DNA from: Nitrospirales bacterium
GTDB lineage: Bacteria > Nitrospirota > Nitrospiria > Nitrospirales > UBA8639
DNA: 64,000 nt
Assembly (NCBI GenBank): GCA_965223295.1
Contig: CBDCWC010000003.1
Coordinates: forward strand, 1,024,001 to 1,088,000
Direction: 5' to 3'
This document shows, piece by piece, positions 18,326 through 28,573 of this stretch. The translations under genes were made by a program, and so were the position numbers. The notes beneath the pieces were generated by a model that did not search any database, had not been told where the DNA came from, and saw only the letters and a list, made by a program, of their open reading frames with translations. Each line of letters opens with the position of its first letter. Positions within the stretch are counted from its first letter, which is position 1.

Positions 18326-20659
18326 TCATTGCCGGGGTTCTGGGGGTTGAACGGGAATAGTAAACCAGAATCGACTGCCCTGCTCTAAGACACTTTCCAC
18401 ACCAATTGTTCCTCCATGTAATTCCACTAAACTTTTGGTAATGGCGAGTCCAAGACCGGCACCTCGATCTTTAAGTTCAGTCGAGTGGCTTCTGTAGAAG
18501 CTTTCAAAAATTGTCTTTTGGTCATCCAGAGGAATTCCACAGCCGGTATCAATGACGCAGGAATGGATATACCCATCAGTCTGGCATTCCATCTTGACCG
18601 TGACGGTGCCAGAGGCGGGTGTGAATTTAAGGGCGTTATTTGTAAGGTTGGTAAAAATTTGGATAAGCTTGTCCCGGTCGCCTTGGATCAAGGGAATTGG
18701 CTCTACGATGTGAGTGGTGATCGTCAGGGATTTTTCGTCTGCCATCGGCTGCAACAATTCAACGACTTCTCTGGCGATGTTGCCAATATTAATCGCATTC
18801 GTTTGCAGCTCCATACGGCCTGCTTCAATACGGGAGAGATCCAAGAGATCGTTGATCATGCGGGTGAGGCGTTCGATATTGTGTTTGACGCGATCTAGGT
18901 AAAAGGTTTGCCGCTCGTTTAACCCCCCAGTTAAGCCATCCATCATATTTTCAACTAAGCCTTTGATAGAGGTCATCGGTGTACGCAGCTCATGAGAGAC
19001 AATCGAGACAAAGGCCGATTTTAAACGATCCAATTCTTGGAGCCGTTCATTGGCCAGCTGTAAATCTTTAGTCCTCTCAGTCACGCGTTGTTCCAAGCCT
19101 TGGGCCAGGTTCTCCATGTCTTGGTAGGTTCTCGCGTTATCGATGGCGACAGCGACGTGGCTGGCTATCGTCATTAAGAGGTTTACGTCTTCCTGGGTAC
19201 ACAATGTTCCACCTTTGTCTGCCCCCAAATATCCCAAGATGCGCTTCTGACTAATGAGAGGGGCGCCGATACAAGAGGTCACACCCAAAATATCTGCCAC
19301 TGATCGAACGACTGGATTCAGATGTTCTCTGACTTTTCGCAAATCCTGAATCAAAACGGGCTCTCCCTTGATTAAGAGGGTTTCATCTATTGATTGCGGA
19401 GCAATAGGAAAGGCCTGATTTTCTAATAGAGGAACATATTCGAGTGGAACACCTGAAACTTCTGTAATCACTGCTTCATTCTGATCATCCTGTTTTAAAA
19501 CAAGGATCATACGAGAAAATCCTAGATTCTCATGAAGCACCGTGAGCATAGTGGAAAAGAGTTTCTGCATTTCCAGCGTGGACGTAATGAGTGTACCAGT
19601 TTGGTGTAAGGTACTAAGCTGTGTAACTTGTTTGGTAATGGTGTTCAAATACGTGGTAATGGCCACCTCGCGTTGTTGAAGGCCTTTTGTCATCTGGTTG
19701 ATGCTTTGTGTGAGTTGCCCGACTTCATCTTGGCTATCTGGCAAGACTGAAACTTGCAGATCCCCTTCAGCAATTTGACAGGCCGCTTTTGCTAACCGCT
19801 GAATGGGATTAATGATTCGATTGGCCAAAAGAATTGTGAGTCCAATTCCGAGCAGAATGATCCCGAGCGTGAGCAAGCCAATATTCCATACCGTTTGGTT
19901 CAAAGCCTTTTTCATATGGGCCGTGGAAATGCCCACTTGTATGACGCCAACAATGATCGATTGTGATAGTGACTCTCTTGGGGAATCGTCGAGCGTTTCT
20001 GACGAAAGGAGATCGATGGGCGTGGGACTTGGTTGTGCGCGATAGACTGGGAGTGCAAAGTCATAAATCTGTTCGTAAGAAGTGGCCGCAGAACGTCGTG
20101 AGAGGCCCTTCGCTATTGGATGGAGCGAAACCATACCGTCAGAATTTAAGGCATGAAGAACGGTAACCAATGGTTGAGTGACATCAGATGAATATGGCGT
20201 TTGGGAATACAAGGGCATCGTATGGGTTTCGTCGGGAAGGAGTGGTTGACTGCTATCGCGAATGACTTCAGAAGCATTTAGGAGAACCCCCTTTGATTGG
20301 CTCACGAGTATGTGTCCATCCTGATCTCGAACAATAGCGTACACCATTTCCGGGGCTGACAACGCGCCCTCTAACATTCGTTGTAAATAATTCTGATCAT
20401 GAATGATCAGACGGTTGAGGCTAATCTTATCTAATGTTTTGACCAAGATCCGGCCAGTGTTGAATAACGACTGTTTCATCACTTCAGTTTCTTGTTGGAT
20501 GAGAAAGGCACTGAGGCCTGTGCAAATCAGAATGATGACCAGGCTCACGAACAGAGAAAATTTTGTCCGTAGGCTTAGGAATCTTGGGTGGTCTTCCAGA
20601 GAGCCGTCTGAAGTAGCAGTCGATTGTTTGGGTGAGAGCGCTTTAAAATTGCTCATCAA
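18326..20659 (-). CDS. Membrane sensor histidine kinase (HAMP-GAF-HisKA-HATPase)
   Basis: Two TM segments, HAMP (DEVGQL), GAF, SHELRTP, NLTNNALKFT, DTGCGI, GAGLGLAI. Confidence 0.93.
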   Translation of the reverse strand: MMSNFKALSPKQSTATSDGSLEDHPRFLSLRTKFSLFVSLVIILICTGLSAFLIQQETEVMKQSLFNTGRILVKTLDKISLNRLIIHDQNYLQRMLEGALSAPEMVYAIVRDQDGHILVSQSKGVLLNASEVIRDSSQPLLPDETHTMPLYSQTPYSSDVTQPLVTVLHALNSDGMVSLHPIAKGLSRRSAATSYEQIYDFALPVYRAQPSPTPIDLLSSETLDDSPRESLSQSIIVGVIQVGISTAHMKKALNQTVWNIGLLTLGIILLGIGLTILLANRIINPIQRLAKAACQIAEGDLQVSVLPDSQDEVGQLTQSINQMTKGLQQREVAITTYLNTITKQVTQLSTLHQTGTLITSTLEMQKLFSTMLTVLHENLGFSRMILVLKQDDQNEAVITEVSGVPLEYVPLLENQAFPIAPQSIDETLLIKGEPVLIQDLRKVREHLNPVVRSVADILGVTSCIGAPLISQKRILGYLGADKGGTLCTQEDVNLLMTIASHVAVAIDNARTYQDMENLAQGLEQRVTERTKDLQLANERLQELDRLKSAFVSIVSHELRTPMTSIKGLVENMMDGLTGGLNERQTFYLDRVKHNIERLTRMINDLLDLSRIEAGRMELQTNAINIGNIAREVVELLQPMADEKSLTITTHIVEPIPLIQGDRDKLIQIFTNLTNNALKFTPASGTVTVKMECQTDGYIHSCVIDTGCGIPLDDQKTIFESFYRSHSTELKDRGAGLGLAITKSLVELHGGTIGVESVLEQGSRFWFTIPVQPPEPRQ

Positions 20660-21704
20660 ATTCCCTCAAGATTTCTGGTGAAATCGGCAGCTCTAAATAA
20701 CGGGCTGATTTAACATTGATCGATTTGTGGGTAACTTTTGGTGGAATCATTGTGCCCATAATCGAAGACGCGGCTGGCGTTAACAACTCAGATGCTAGGG
20801 ACGCCGCTTGCCGGCCGAGGTCTGCGTAATGAAAATAAACTCCTGTGACTGCGCCACTTCCGACAAGGCCAGCAGAAAAGGCCACCACGGGAATATTGGC
20901 CTCTAATGTGGTACTGATCAGAAAATCCAATGTATTTTCCGTCAACACCGTGCTATCTGGAAGAAGCCACAGTGCATCAATTTTTTGGTCGAGCGCTTTG
21001 AAGGCGTTTGTGACTTCTTTCTCATCCGAGACTTCTTCTGAAATGACGGTGATGCCCTGATTGTGGGCCTCTTCTTGTAGTTGATCGCGTAAGTCGCGTG
21101 TTTTCTCGGGATCAAACAGCACACCGATTTGTGAGATCTCCGGGACTAACGTTTGAAGGGGTTTAAGCTGTGTGCCAAAGGGAATGTGTAAGGAGAGGCC
21201 AACCATGTTCCTGGACGGAAGGCCATATTTTTCCGGGTTGAGGACCAAACACATGATGACGGGAATATCGAGAATTTCCAGCTTGGCCGCGAGAGCGGCT
21301 TTGAGGCCTACGGCTAAGACGACATTGGCATCGGACGCGCGAATCCTTCGGGCTAGGCTTCGTCCTTTGGCCATATCGCCTTGAAGGTTGTACTCGACTG
21401 TCACGTCTGAAGATGGCGGCAGCGCGCTTTTAAACGCGTCAATTGCCTCGGAGTATGCCCCGATATCGGCAGATTTCAGAATGGCGATTTCTTCGGCACT
21501 GGTTATTTGAGGTAAGGTGATGAATAGTCCCAGCACAAGAGCTAGCCAGACCTTTTTTGCCAAGAGTTGCAATCCTTGCTCCCCGTAGAACGATCGGTTC
21601 ATGTCATCACAGATCTGACGAACGTGCTGGTGTCCATTTCTCTTATCGAGTTGTCTCATTCCTGACGAAGATGGCCGGTTCACCTTCTCCCGGCTAGAGG
21701 GCAA
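20643..21704 (-). CDS. Periplasmic substrate-binding protein (ABC_sub_bind-like), no cognate permease nearby
   Basis: Signal-like segment, LAVGLKAA, IGVLFDP, DALWLLPDSTV; stop overlaps the kinase start; true start may be downstream. Confidence 0.8.
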   Translation of the reverse strand: MPSSREKVNRPSSSGMRQLDKRNGHQHVRQICDDMNRSFYGEQGLQLLAKKVWLALVLGLFITLPQITSAEEIAILKSADIGAYSEAIDAFKSALPPSSDVTVEYNLQGDMAKGRSLARRIRASDANVVLAVGLKAALAAKLEILDIPVIMCLVLNPEKYGLPSRNMVGLSLHIPFGTQLKPLQTLVPEISQIGVLFDPEKTRDLRDQLQEEAHNQGITVISEEVSDEKEVTNAFKALDQKIDALWLLPDSTVLTENTLDFLISTTLEANIPVVAFSAGLVGSGAVTGVYFHYADLGRQAASLASELLTPAASSIMGTMIPPKVTHKSINVKSARYLELPISPEILREFDEQF

Positions 21705-21734
21705 ACCTCTCCATGCCTCTTTATTGCTGATAGA

Positions 21735-21750
21735 AGCAAGGATGGTACCT
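21735..21750 (-). promoter_or_regulatory. Putative sigma54 promoter
   Basis: Minus strand AGGTACCATCCTTGCT = GG-N10-GC, just upstream of the binding-protein/kinase genes. Confidence 0.55.
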
Positions 21751-21933
21751 GGTTTGGTAGAGGGGGTCTAATGTCGAGGCAATCGAGAAACGTCTATGCA
21801 AAAAGCTGTTGCTGACACGAGGTCAACATGCCGAGATGTGGCAAAGAAGAAGGGGATTTTGGCAGACCAGGAATGTCACTCCATGATCTTCATCTCAAGA
21901 AACGGATTCTTTATATAAATTTCAGAGATGTTC

Positions 21934-22278
21934 TTACCACCCAACGGGGAGCCGATCCCAATCGCATCCAGAAACAAATTGGTTGGTCAGGTTTCGCATC
22001 ACACGGGACTCTGGAGTTTCTTGAATGATCGGAGTTTGAAAATGTGGTTGCCAACCACAATTCAGACATCTGATGACCATTTGCCTCATGGTTTCTCCGG
22101 CTTCATAAAAAACCAGTCCTTGACATTTCGGGCAATTCGAAGGAGAGCCTTCTGGGAAAATCATTGGTTTCGGCCGTAAGGCATCTAAGTGAATTCGGGT
22201 ATGGCGTCGTTTATTTTTTCGTCCTGGTTTTCCAGTTTGTTTCGATGAGTTTGTGAGGGGATGTTGTTGAGTTTTCAT
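21934..22278 (-). CDS. Small Zn-ribbon hypothetical protein
   Basis: CPKC...CLNC; RBS-like GGAG upstream. Confidence 0.7.
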   Translation of the reverse strand: MKTQQHPLTNSSKQTGKPGRKNKRRHTRIHLDALRPKPMIFPEGSPSNCPKCQGLVFYEAGETMRQMVIRCLNCGWQPHFQTPIIQETPESRVMRNLTNQFVSGCDWDRLPVGW

Positions 22279-22342
22279 AGTCTTAAAGCTCCCAGTAAAA
22301 GAGAATGAGCATTTCAGGTGTTCGTATTATTCGACTGGGATA

Positions 22343-22358
22343 AGCAAGACTAATGCCC
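22343..22358 (-). promoter_or_regulatory. Putative sigma54 promoter
   Basis: Minus strand GGGCATTAGTCTTGCT = GG-N10-GC, about 65 bp before the Zn-ribbon gene. Confidence 0.65.
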
Positions 22359-22458
22359 CTGAGTTTTTTTGAATGGAAATGGCGAAAAATACTGGATTCT
22401 CCGTGTTTTTTACGGAGTAAGCGGAGGAAAATATGGAGGAACTGAGATCCAGAAAAGT

Positions 22459-22494
22459 TATCTAAACAGATACAGCCTGTTATCTATTTAGATA
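22459..22494. promoter_or_regulatory. Paired palindrome TATCT-N4-AGATA x2 (candidate enhancer)
   Basis: TATCTAAACAGATA (22459) and TATCTATTTAGATA (22481), about 100 bp upstream of the sigma54 site. Confidence 0.75.
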
Positions 22495-22597
22495 CATTTT
22501 GAGGTTGGATAAGAAAAAGTCGTTTTCCAAAAAGTATTGGTGAATTTTTTCAGCGAGATGACAAATTCCTGGTCAAGAAGGAATGAGGAAGGATGAG

Positions 22598-23401
22598 TTA
22601 TTGGGAACAAGGAACACGAAAGAATTGGCGATCCTCAAGCCGCATGGCTACCATTTCCCGTCCCCATACGCATCCACCGTCTAATGCCACAAGATTTTCT
22701 TCTTGGATAATGCCTAAGGCGGACCAGTGGCCAATAATGATGGTCTCATCTTGCGTCGCGCGGCTAGGAATTCGAAACCATGGGAGGTAGCCTGAAGGAG
22801 CCTCTTCTGGCGGACCTTTGAAGGAAAATTCTGGGACCCCATCTTTGGTACAGACTCGCAAACGTGTCAAAATATTCGCAGTAAACCCCAAGCGCTCCTC
22901 CCTGTTCATTTTGGCAGAGGGATGGAGATTTTTGCGAAAGTAAATCGATGGCAAGATTTCTTGGAAATTGTCGCTTTGCAGGGCATCTTCAACTTCCTCG
23001 GCCAAGTCAGTTGCCTGGGCCATCGACCAGGATGGAAGCATCCCTGCATGAATCATCACCACTCCATGTTCGGCATGGAGCAAGGGACGAAATCGTAACC
23101 AGTGGAGTAACTCCTCAGCATCACGCGCCGAGAGAATAGGTTGCAACGTATCTTTCCGGCCAGGCTGAGTAATTTGGCACCATAAGGCCAGAAGATGTAT
23201 GTCATGATTTCCCAAAACGGCGACAGCCGATTCCCCTAGCTGTTTGACAAAACGCAACACCTCCAGTGATTGTGGGCCACGATTGACCAAATCTCCGACA
23301 AACCAAAGACAGTCTTGGGTTTGATCAAATTGAATATGATCCAATAGGCGGTTCAATGCGCCCATACAGCCTTGAATATCCCCGATTGCGTATGTTGCCA
23401 T
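22598..23401 (-). CDS. apaH: Symmetrical bis(5'-nucleosyl)-tetraphosphatase
   Basis: YAIGDIQGC, GDLVNRGPQS, LGNHD, GHWSALG, LDGGCVWG. Confidence 0.93.
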   Translation of the reverse strand: MATYAIGDIQGCMGALNRLLDHIQFDQTQDCLWFVGDLVNRGPQSLEVLRFVKQLGESAVAVLGNHDIHLLALWCQITQPGRKDTLQPILSARDAEELLHWLRFRPLLHAEHGVVMIHAGMLPSWSMAQATDLAEEVEDALQSDNFQEILPSIYFRKNLHPSAKMNREERLGFTANILTRLRVCTKDGVPEFSFKGPPEEAPSGYLPWFRIPSRATQDETIIIGHWSALGIIQEENLVALDGGCVWGREMVAMRLEDRQFFRVPCSQ

Positions 23402-23416
23402 GATAGTCCTGTTCTC

Positions 23417-23537
23417 GGAGTGTTGAATAGTGAAGATATCAAAAGCCATATTTCGCCAGGACGCCCTTGGCGATCAACAACCTCGAGGCTGTTCAAAAAA
23501 GGCGAGAACGCTGCTGACGGCTTTTTTCAACAGACCC
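23417..23537 (+). repeat. Dispersed repeat, internally deleted copy (arm type 2)
   Basis: GGAGTGTTGAATA...GGCTGTTCAAAAAAGGCGAGAACG...TTTTTTCAACAGACCC. Confidence 0.85.
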
Positions 23538-23640
23538 GTTCTCTGTGTCACCCTAACGACAGCAAATTGTACCTCAAGTTTGATTGCACACAAAATTTCT
23601 ATCGGATACGTTACTCTTTACTTGTTGAGGACAGAAGCAG

Positions 23641-24408
23641 ATGTTCGAGAATGTCTTCGTGTTTCAACCGTTGCCCTGGGAAGACCGGAACTGGGCACAA
23701 CTCAGCGGGTTGCCTTTAGAAGAAGTGTGGTTACCGGTTGATGACGCCGTAACTGTTTTTGGATGGTTCGTCAATACCGGACCGGGTAAGCCCGTGCTGC
23801 TTTGGTGTCATGGCAATGCCGGCAACGTAAGTCACCGGCTAGAAAATATTTGGCAATTATACCAGCGCGGTATTTCCGTCTTCATTTTTGACTATCGAGG
23901 GTATGGCCGCAGCACCGGAACCCCCTCAGAGGCAGGACTCTACCAGGACGCGCTGGCCAGTTACGACTATCTCCTGCAGAAGCGGAAGATTTCAGCAGAG
24001 CACCTGATTCTGTTTGGCCGATCATTAGGCTCTGCCGTGGCGGGGGAAGTTGCACTTCAACGTTCTTCAGCCGGGTTGATTATAGAGGGAGCATTTCCGT
24101 CGATCCAATCGATGTCTGACCACCATTATATGGGACTGCCAGCAGGATGGTTAATGGATGTGGAATTTCATCTCGCACAAAAAGTTGCATCTCTCCAAGT
24201 TCCCATCTTGGTAATGCATGGAGAGATAGATTCCATTGTCCCCTTGGCGTTAGGCAGACAGGTCTTTGATGCGGCGCGTGAACCTAAACAGTGGTTTGTT
24301 GTCGCCGGAGCTGAACATAATAATGTGCCGTTTGTTGGCGGGGATTCCTATTTTCAAGCAATCCAAGCGTTCATTCATCGTGTTATTCAAAAGGGGAGTG
24401 TTGAATAA
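23641..24408 (+). CDS. Alpha/beta hydrolase (ABHD17/Bem46-like)
   Basis: HGNAGN, DYRGYGRS, GRSLG nucleophile elbow, HGEID, GAEHN. Confidence 0.9.
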   Translation: MFENVFVFQPLPWEDRNWAQLSGLPLEEVWLPVDDAVTVFGWFVNTGPGKPVLLWCHGNAGNVSHRLENIWQLYQRGISVFIFDYRGYGRSTGTPSEAGLYQDALASYDYLLQKRKISAEHLILFGRSLGSAVAGEVALQRSSAGLIIEGAFPSIQSMSDHHYMGLPAGWLMDVEFHLAQKVASLQVPILVMHGEIDSIVPLALGRQVFDAAREPKQWFVVAGAEHNNVPFVGGDSYFQAIQAFIHRVIQKGSVE

Positions 24409-24584
24409 TGAAGATAGCAAAAGCCATATTTCGTCAGGAAGTCCTTGGCGACCAACAGCGTCGGGTCGGTTCAAAAAAGTCCGTCCAGCAAGGCCGCAGC
24501 CATTTTTGCGCGCGGAGCGGACTGGTCCTACGTGAGCAGGGGAAAATGGCGAGAACGCCGCTGGCGGATTTTTTCAACGGACCC
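24393..24584 (+). repeat. Dispersed repeat, full copy (arm type 2)
   Basis: Same termini and core; supplies the hydrolase stop codon. Confidence 0.85.
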
Positions 24585-24684
24585 AAAAGAATGAATGATG
24601 CCTATAGGCACCCCTCTAGCTTTAGCTTGACCCATTAATTCCGCATGGCTAGGATTCGCGGTTGTTAAAGGTTGCAAGTTTGCA

Positions 24685-25176
24685 ATGAAATCTGCTCCTT
24701 ATCTCTATCAAATAAGCGCATCACAAGGTGGACTTCCGAAACTGCCAGTGTCTGAAACCTGGGTATCTTTTCAAGGATTACGGTGTGATAGTCAGCGCAA
24801 TACTGTCGTGCATGGTGGACCGGATCGCGCCATCTGCCTCTATTCCTTTGAGGCGATTGAGGTCTTGCGGAGAGAAGGGCATTCGATTTATCCAGGAGCA
24901 TCGGGAGAGAATTTTACACTGGCTGGCTTGGATTGGGGAAAGATTCAACCTGGAGATCGTATGAAAATTGGCGATAAGGTTCAGATCGAGTTGATGAGTT
25001 ACTGCGACCCTTGCCGACATAATGCGCAATGGTTTGACAAGGGCAACTATCGCCGAATCGATCAACGGCAGCATGCCGGGTGGAGCCGATTATATGCTCG
25101 TGTTCTTACAGAGGGGTCTGTGCAACAAGGCGACGCTGTATACTTAGAGGAACTGTCTGAGGTGAAGATGTCATGA
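24685..25176 (+). CDS. MOSC domain protein (YiiM-like)
   Basis: GGLPK, HGGPDRAICLY, GENFT, PC, YARVLTEG. Confidence 0.88.
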   Translation: MKSAPYLYQISASQGGLPKLPVSETWVSFQGLRCDSQRNTVVHGGPDRAICLYSFEAIEVLRREGHSIYPGASGENFTLAGLDWGKIQPGDRMKIGDKVQIELMSYCDPCRHNAQWFDKGNYRRIDQRQHAGWSRLYARVLTEGSVQQGDAVYLEELSEVKMS

Positions 25177-25835
25177 TGGAGCGTGTACTGGAACCCGAAG
25201 TCATGGACGATCCTGAACAAGTCCTGGCCTACGCCCAAGCCGATTTCGAACAGGAAAATCAAGGGTTCGTTGACAAATTTTTTACGCTGTACCCTGATTT
25301 GGAGCATCCTCATATCGTTGATCTAGGTTGTGGTCCAGGAGATATTCCTCTTCGTGTCGCTCGCCGTCATACCACATGCACCATTACAGGCATCGATGCT
25401 TCTCAGCCAATGATTGATTATGCCCAACGCGTGGTCCAACAAGCTGGCTTCCAAGATCGTATTCAATTTCTTTGTCAACGTTTTCAAGATGTCAGCTTAC
25501 CGTCTCCAGCCGGTGCTTTGATTTCCAATAGTCTGGTGCATCATGTGCCGAACCCATTACGGTTTTGGTACTGCGTGAAAACATGGGTTAAGCCAGGTGC
25601 TCCTGTCTTGGTGATGGATCTACTTCGCCCCGACAATCCTGAAACCGCTCAGGCTATTGTCGATGAACATGCAGCTGACGAACCAGAACAATTACGAAAA
25701 GATTATTATCATTCGTTACTCGCTGCGTTTACCGAAGATGAGGTGGCTGTACATCTAGCGGAACTAAATTTAAGCCGCTTGATGGTTGATGTGCCTGATG
25801 ATCGGCATTGGATTGTCTATGGGCGCGTATACTAG
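25173..25835 (+). CDS. Class I SAM-dependent methyltransferase
   Basis: VDLGCGPG, GIDAS, LVHH, MDLLRP. Confidence 0.88.
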   Translation: MMERVLEPEVMDDPEQVLAYAQADFEQENQGFVDKFFTLYPDLEHPHIVDLGCGPGDIPLRVARRHTTCTITGIDASQPMIDYAQRVVQQAGFQDRIQFLCQRFQDVSLPSPAGALISNSLVHHVPNPLRFWYCVKTWVKPGAPVLVMDLLRPDNPETAQAIVDEHAADEPEQLRKDYYHSLLAAFTEDEVAVHLAELNLSRLMVDVPDDRHWIVYGRVY

Positions 25836-25887
25836 TAGCCCGGATCTTGACGGTCTGCCAGCCTCCGTTTTAAAGTGCAGCCAAGGT

Positions 25888-25961
25888 TGGGGGATCGTCT
25901 AGGGGCAAGACATTAGATTTTGGTTCTAAGAACCCAGGTTCGATTCCTGGTCCCCCAGCCA
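25888..25961 (+). tRNA. tRNA-Gln (TTG)
   Basis: Acceptor stem TGGGGGA/TCCCCCA, anticodon arm TTAGA-TTTTGGT-TCTAA, T-arm GGTTCGATTCC, encoded CCA. Confidence 0.95.
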
Positions 25962-26231
25962 TTTTCGTTTTTCAATTCTCTCCTTTACTTCAATCAGCTC
26001 CCAAATTTATTCTGGTCTTCTCCTCTTTCATACTTAGATTCTGTACATTTTTAGGCATCGCCAATCGAAAGTTTTTTGTTGAATCCTTCCAATAGGATAC
26101 TCTTCATGATGACGAGGGTTTTCATTTAGCTCAGTCCTCCCCCTCCATAGAAATCAGTATATCTGGAGTAAATTTATGTCTTATGTTGAGAGTGCCTTGT
26201 GGAAGAGGTCAATGCCAGGGATAATATCGAG

Positions 26232-27701
26232 ATGGCCAAGTTAGAAGAACTTTTCTTTGACAACACCTATGCCCGGTTGCCCGAGGTGTTTTATGAGCGG
26301 GTGAAACCCACGCCATTTCCGAATCCCTATGTCGTGAGCGTGAATCCGGGTGCGGCAGATTTACTGAATCTAGATCCGAGTGAATTGGCAAGGCCTGACT
26401 TTGCGGAGTATTTTTGTGGCGCCAAATTGCTGCCTGGCAGTGATCCTATTGCGATGCTCTATTCAGGGCATCAGTTTGGGCATTATGTGCCGCAGCTTGG
26501 TGATGGACGAGCCATTATGCTTGGGGAAGTGAAAACAGAAAAAGGCGAACGCTGGGAATTGCAATTGAAAGGTGCGGGACTCACACGGTTTTCGCGTGAT
26601 GGGGACGGCCGAGCTGTGCTGCGGTCTACGATTCGCGAATATTTATGTGGCGAAGCCATGCATGGTTTAGGCATACCCACGACGCGAAGTCTCTGTATTG
26701 TGGCTGGTGAAGAGATCGTGTTGCGGGAGTTGCCCGAGCCGGGAGCGATGTTGCTTCGCATGGCGCCCTCCCATGTTCGCTTTGGGTCTTTTGAAGTCTT
26801 TTTTTATCGGCGTCAACATGAGTATCTAAAACAATTAGCTGACTATGTGATCGAATACCATTACCCGCACGTCCGCGAGCTTGAGAATCCTTATGCCCGT
26901 CTGTTGCATGAAGTAGCCATGCGAACAGGCCATCTTGTGGCCCAATGGGAGGCCATGGGTTGGGCGCATGGCGTGCTGAATACGGACAATATGTCGATTT
27001 TAGGCTTAACGCTGGACTATGGCCCGTATGGGTTTATGGAACGGTATGATCCAAAATTTATTTGTAATCACTCCGATCATCAGGGGCGCTATTCCTTTCA
27101 ACATCAGCCGGATATTGGCTACTGGAATATCCGTGCGTTGGCCCAAGCCTTGTCTGTGTTGGTAGATGAGGAGGCCTTAAAACTGGCGCCGCAACTGTAT
27201 GAACAAGCCATGTTAGAACACTATGCGGAACTCATGCGCGACAAACTTGGATTGTTAGAAAATCATGCTGGCGATGACAAATTAGTCACAGATTTATTGA
27301 ACATGATGGACTCCAGTCGCACCGATTACACCACATTCTTTCGAGCGCTAGGAAATTTTCAGCAGGATACTCCTGCAGCCAATTCAATACTTCGTGATTT
27401 CTTTCTTCATCGTGACGTGTTTGATGATTGGGCCAGCCGATATCGTGAACGTTTGTTAGCCGAAAAAAGTCAGGATGCCGAACGAAAAATTCGCATGGAT
27501 CAGGTCAATCCCAAGTATGTGCTCCGCAATCATCTGGCTGAACGCGCGATTCAATTGGCGACACGGGAGAAAGACTATTCGGAAATCGATCGGCTGCTGA
27601 AATTGTTACATGATCCGTTTCTGGAACAGCTAGGGATGGAGTCGTATTCTTGTCCAGCTCCAGATGGAAGTCCTTCAATCATTGTCAGCTGTTCCTCTTA
27701 A
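26232..27701 (+). CDS. selO: Protein adenylyltransferase SelO/YdiU
   Basis: YSGHQFG..QLGDGRA, KGAGLTRFSRDGDGRAVLRSTIRE, HGVLNTDN, C-terminal SCSS. Confidence 0.93.
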   Translation: MAKLEELFFDNTYARLPEVFYERVKPTPFPNPYVVSVNPGAADLLNLDPSELARPDFAEYFCGAKLLPGSDPIAMLYSGHQFGHYVPQLGDGRAIMLGEVKTEKGERWELQLKGAGLTRFSRDGDGRAVLRSTIREYLCGEAMHGLGIPTTRSLCIVAGEEIVLRELPEPGAMLLRMAPSHVRFGSFEVFFYRRQHEYLKQLADYVIEYHYPHVRELENPYARLLHEVAMRTGHLVAQWEAMGWAHGVLNTDNMSILGLTLDYGPYGFMERYDPKFICNHSDHQGRYSFQHQPDIGYWNIRALAQALSVLVDEEALKLAPQLYEQAMLEHYAELMRDKLGLLENHAGDDKLVTDLLNMMDSSRTDYTTFFRALGNFQQDTPAANSILRDFFLHRDVFDDWASRYRERLLAEKSQDAERKIRMDQVNPKYVLRNHLAERAIQLATREKDYSEIDRLLKLLHDPFLEQLGMESYSCPAPDGSPSIIVSCSS

Positions 27702-27728
27702 CCCACGCAGGCGAATCCTACATTCCAT

Positions 27729-28412
27729 ATGCGACTCATCGTTATTTTTATTATTTTCATTGCACTGGTGCTGGGACCGCAGCTGTGGGTGTGGTGGGTA
27801 TTTAGGCAATACCGAAAACCTCGTGAAAATTGGCCGGGAACGGGGGGCGAACTAGCGCGTCATCTACTCAACCGGTTTGGCCTCCAAGAGATTCGGGTTG
27901 AACCCACGCCAATGGGCGACCATTATAACCCGGAAACCAAAATGGTGGGGCTCTCACCTCAACATTACAGTGGGAGATCCCTCACGGCTGCTGTCATCGC
28001 GGCCCACGAAGTCGGGCATGCTTTGCAAGATCATGATGGGTATGAGCTGTTGAAGAGTCGAACGCATCTAATCAAATTTGCTCAGAAAGCTGAAAAAGTC
28101 GGGTCGTATTTGATGTTAGGCATGCCTGTTCTTGCTGGAGTGACACGGATTCCTGCCTTGGGCCTTGCGGTATTTGTGGTTGCTATTGGCACGATGAGTG
28201 TGTCAGCACTGGTTCATCTGATTACCTTGCCGGTAGAGTGGAATGCTAGTTTCCGTCGAGCCCTGCCAATACTTGAAGGAGGGGGTTATTTAGCGCCAAC
28301 GGACATGGAGGGGGCCAGGCGGATTCTCAAAGCCGCAGCCTTAACCTATGTTGCCTCTTCGCTTTTTAGCTTGGTCAACATGTGGCGGTGGATCCGCCTC
28401 GTCCGCCGCTAA
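27729..28412 (+). CDS. Putative neutral zinc metallopeptidase (YugP-like)
   Basis: GDHYNP, AAHEVGHALQ, TLPVEWNAS, AAALTYVA. Confidence 0.9.
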   Translation: MRLIVIFIIFIALVLGPQLWVWWVFRQYRKPRENWPGTGGELARHLLNRFGLQEIRVEPTPMGDHYNPETKMVGLSPQHYSGRSLTAAVIAAHEVGHALQDHDGYELLKSRTHLIKFAQKAEKVGSYLMLGMPVLAGVTRIPALGLAVFVVAIGTMSVSALVHLITLPVEWNASFRRALPILEGGGYLAPTDMEGARRILKAAALTYVASSLFSLVNMWRWIRLVRR

Positions 28413-28573
28413 TCGTAACACCCTGCCCCATTTATCCTGCCAAGCATTGTGCTCAGATTGCACTCTGCTTTCACAGTTCGGTATCCTAACCCTGTCCTTT
28501 TCCAATCAACCACACATCAGTAAGCGGCAAAACGCAATGCTATTGACGCTTACTCTAACTTGGAGCACACAAC

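Noticed and set aside
25888-26200. Island integrated at tRNA-Gln
   Set aside because: No integrase and no duplicated tRNA 3' end seen; downstream genes look like core genes.
27680-27701. Selenocysteine in SelO
   Set aside because: The C-terminus is encoded as SCSS followed by TAA; there is no in-frame TGA.
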